The notes below the pieces were generated by a model, which ran no database searches, was not told where the DNA came from, and worked only from the letters and a program-made list of their open reading frames with translations. From positions 1 to 30,114 of the forward strand of contig JBFRWD010000122.1 of NCBI GenBank assembly GCA_051439425.1: a stretch of 30,114 nucleotides of DNA, given 5' to 3'. Shown here piece after piece: positions 27,428-30,114 of this stretch. Within the stretch, counting starts at the first letter, position 1. Every line of letters starts with the position of its first letter. The DNA is from Synechococcus sp. (GTDB taxonomy: Bacteria > Cyanobacteriota > Cyanobacteriia > Thermostichales > PCC-7336). The position numbers and the translations under genes were made by a program.

Positions 27428-28840
27428 ATGTCTGCCCATCGTTTTAGTTCCCGCACGCGCTCACCCCTTCGATGGGGATACGAGAGACTGCTTGCCTTCA
27501 TTATTCTGGCCAATGTCAGTTTGGTTGTGTTTGACTCAACCTACGTAAGATGGCGAGATGTCTACGTTCGTTATCTGCCTCGATTGACGCGCCTCTACGA
27601 TCCCGTCAAAGGCATCGAGCCCCATCGCGTGACTCAACGCTATCTGGATACCGTTGACGAGCTGGAACAACAGTTGATGCAGGATGGTTTAGACGGTCCA
27701 GCTGTCCCCAACATGCTACAAAGCTTGCGCAGCCAGAGTGTTGAGGCGATTGACGATAATCCGTTTCAACTGGCCAACCGTCTAGGAGCCTTCGAGCGGG
27801 CAAAAAATCGACTTCGCGATCGCACCGGTCTGGAATCATCTAAAGCAGCGTTTGCACAGTTTTGGACAATTGAGCATTTACAACAAGAGGGATGGGAAGA
27901 GGGGCTGGAGTTCTTTGATAGCCAGGTTCGCCCGCAATTCGAGCGGAATTTTTATCGCAATATTGATGAATCCGGTCAGTTTGTGGAGGGATTTTATCGG
28001 ATCGATCGCTGGTTTCTTCTGGTGTTCGCGATCGACTTCCTGCTGCGTACCTGGTTCCTGTCACGCCGCTTGCGTGCAGTCAGTTGGAAAGAGGCTGTTC
28101 TGTGGCGCTGGTACGACATTCTGCTACTGTTGCCATTTTGGCGATGGTTGCGATTCATTCCGCTCAGTATCCGGTGGAGCGATGCGGGGTTGGTGAACCT
28201 GAGCCCCATCCGCTTGCAATTGGTGCGCGGCATCAGTGCTTACCTTGCAGCAGAAATGACTGAATTGATTGTGGTCCGAGTCATCGATCGCATTCAAGCT
28301 GCTATCCGTATGGGTACCTTGGCCGAACGGGTCTTGGCAGAACCGCAACGGGAGTTCATTAATGTCAATGGGGTGGATACGGTGTCTGCAATTGCGGAGC
28401 AGGCGATCGAACTGTCTATTTATAAAGTGTTGCCCCGACTTCAACCAGATATCGAAGCACTGCTGGCCCATACTCTTGTCAGTACTTATAGCAATTCGGC
28501 CCTCTACCGCAGCCTGCGTGGGCTACCAGGCATGACTCGGGTCCCTCAACAACTCACGCAACAACTGTCCCGCCAATTGGCTTCTAGCGTGTATGGTGCT
28601 GCGATTGCTGCGTTTGAAGATGAAGAAGGCAGGCGACTGTATGACAATTTGATCGCGTCCTTGCGATCGTCACTGCGTGCTGAGTTGAGTACCGCGCAGT
28701 CACTAGAGCCTTTGCAAACCTTGCTGGTGGATTTGTTAGAGGAAGTGAAACTGAATTACGTTCAACAATTCGAGCAGGATGATGTGGAACAGTTATTGTT
28801 GGAAGTATCCGAATTAAGAGTCCCCCGAGAACACCGATGA
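27428..28840 (+). CDS. Hypothetical membrane protein with ion-transport-like TM segments
   Basis: Long ORF; TM1, a large loop, DRWFLLVFAIDFLLR, WYDILLLLPFWRWLRFIP and a helical C-terminus. ATG 27428 chosen as start. Confidence 0.85.
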   Translation: MSAHRFSSRTRSPLRWGYERLLAFIILANVSLVVFDSTYVRWRDVYVRYLPRLTRLYDPVKGIEPHRVTQRYLDTVDELEQQLMQDGLDGPAVPNMLQSLRSQSVEAIDDNPFQLANRLGAFERAKNRLRDRTGLESSKAAFAQFWTIEHLQQEGWEEGLEFFDSQVRPQFERNFYRNIDESGQFVEGFYRIDRWFLLVFAIDFLLRTWFLSRRLRAVSWKEAVLWRWYDILLLLPFWRWLRFIPLSIRWSDAGLVNLSPIRLQLVRGISAYLAAEMTELIVVRVIDRIQAAIRMGTLAERVLAEPQREFINVNGVDTVSAIAEQAIELSIYKVLPRLQPDIEALLAHTLVSTYSNSALYRSLRGLPGMTRVPQQLTQQLSRQLASSVYGAAIAAFEDEEGRRLYDNLIASLRSSLRAELSTAQSLEPLQTLLVDLLEEVKLNYVQQFEQDDVEQLLLEVSELRVPREHR

Positions 28841-28993
28841 AAGCAGAGTGGCTCCGGATTGAATGCTTACCCTGATTCAGCAAGCTCGAACGGTCTGCGT
28901 AGGCATGTCTCTGATGTCTAATGCAATCCCGGCTGAATTGGGCGGGGAGTCGTGCTTGCCCATTGACATCAAGATCGAGCGATCGTGCGTCGC

Positions 28994-28999
28994 TATAAT
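28994..28999 (+). promoter_or_regulatory. Consensus -10 element upstream of prfB
   Basis: TATAAT ending 34 nt before the prfB ATG. Confidence 0.5.
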
Positions 29000-29033
29000 C
29001 TGAGGTACTTCAACGGGTTGACCCCAACACTCT

Positions 29034-30114
29034 ATGGAAACTGCTGAACTCAGTCGTACATTAGCCGAACTGGAGTCCCGCCTGGGTAAAGCCCAGGACT
29101 ATCTTTGACGTGCCTACTCTCGAACAGCAAATTGCCGTTATGGAGCAAGAGGTATCCCAGCCAGAATTTTGGGATGATGCCGATGCCGCCCGCGCCTCCA
29201 TGCAAAAGCTCAACGGTCTTAAGCAACCCCTGGAACAGTTACGAGATTGGCAAGCTCGTTTGGATGACGCCCAAGCGATTGTGGAGTTGCTGGAGGAAGA
29301 GGACGATCCGGCCCTGAAGGAAGAAGCCGAACAGGATGCTAGCAAGCTGGCTAAAGAGCTGGATGCCTGGGATTTGCAACAACTGTTATCGGGTCCCTAC
29401 GATCGTAAAGGTGCCATCTTGACCGTGACGGCAGGTGCCGGCGGTACAGATGCACAGGACTGGACGGAAATGCTCCTACGCATGTACGTGCGCTGGTCGG
29501 AAAACAGTGGCTATGCGGTAAAAACCTTGGATCTCTCTCAGGGAAACGAAGCGGGTATTAAGTCCGCCACCATTTCGATTGAGGGAGAGTATGCCTATGG
29601 CTATTTGTCTGCCGAGAAGGGCAACCATCGCATGGAACGCATTAGCCCCTTTAATGCTAACGGCAAGCGTCAGACCAGCTTTGCTGGGGTGGAAGTCATG
29701 CCGATTCCTGACGAAGAGGCGGAGTTCGAGCTGAAACCGGATGAACTGGAGTTTGACACCTCGCGATCGGGCGGGGCTGGCGGACAGAATGTGAACAAGG
29801 TGGAGACGGCCGTGCGCGTTGTGCACAAGCCCACCGGAATTGCTGTGCGCTGTACCCAAGAGCGATCGCAATTACAAAATAAGGAACGGGCGCTGCAAAT
29901 TCTGAAGGGCAAGCTGATGGAGCTAGAAGAGCAAAAACGCCAGCAGGAATTGGCAGAGATTCGCGGCGAGATGGTGACGCAAGGATTTGGCGGTCGCATT
30001 CGCACTTACACCTTCGACCCCTACAAGATGATCAAAGATCACCGCACAGGAGTTGAGACCTACAACGTTGATGGCTTTATGCAGGGAGAGCCGGAGGAAG
30101 TTGCTCAGTTTATC
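29034..30114 (+). CDS. prfB: Peptide chain release factor 2 (programmed +1 frameshift; runs off the right edge)
   Basis: [24 protein letters not shown] then CTT TGA C. The +1 frame continues DVPTLEQQ...[43 protein letters not shown]. Confidence 0.97.
29094..29109 (+). promoter_or_regulatory. prfB +1 ribosomal frameshift cassette
   Basis: CAGGAC TAT CTT TGA C; CTT at 29103-29105, TGA at 29106-29108. Confidence 0.95.

Larger units (their letters stand above)
2486..29869. repeat. Dispersed HIP1 octamer GCGATCGC
   Basis: Many exact copies, e.g. 2486-2493, 3498-3505, 4574-4581, 18850-18857, 29862-29869; hallmark of cyanobacterial genomes. Confidence 0.95.

Noticed and set aside
28963..28999. Perfect TTGACA/TATAAT promoter pair for prfB
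   Set aside because: The spacer is 25 nt, too long. That it equals 17+8 and contains a HIP1-like octamer may be coincidence; only the -10 box is retained.
29034..29108. prfB as a pseudogene or sequencing error
   Set aside because: The stop is in the canonical CTT-TGA-C programmed frameshift context and the +1 frame is open to the window end.

Overview
Cyanobacterial chromosomal window, judged from abundant HIP1 GCGATCGC, heptamer STRR-type repeats, a GUN4-domain gene and a 4-Cys-prefix kinase. Mostly housekeeping or conserved genes: USP, cNMP-binding protein, DUF1614-like, HAD hydrolase, tsaE, recA, cbiB, YvlD-like, Fe3+-type ABC ATPase, M48 peptidase, Ser/Thr kinase, hisF, DAHP synthase, DRTGG protein, rnhA, Lnt-like, argB, KirBac channel, HtrA-like protease, sulfotransferase and prfB with its +1 frameshift. 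The window opens with the 3' end of an IS1-family element inserted mid-way in an RND transporter gene. The most striking feature is absent from the ORF track. Between hisF and a DAHP synthase lacking its N-terminal regulatory domain lie a sigma70-type promoter and two tandem candidate ribosome-dependent attenuators. Each has a Phe/Trp-rich leader ORF ending F-x-F-W-F-x-Q-x-x-x-stop plus mutually exclusive antiterminator and terminator hairpins. A candidate ~55-nt sRNA with an anti-SD motif lies at ~18944-18996. All calls were made by eye; no searches or folding programs were run.
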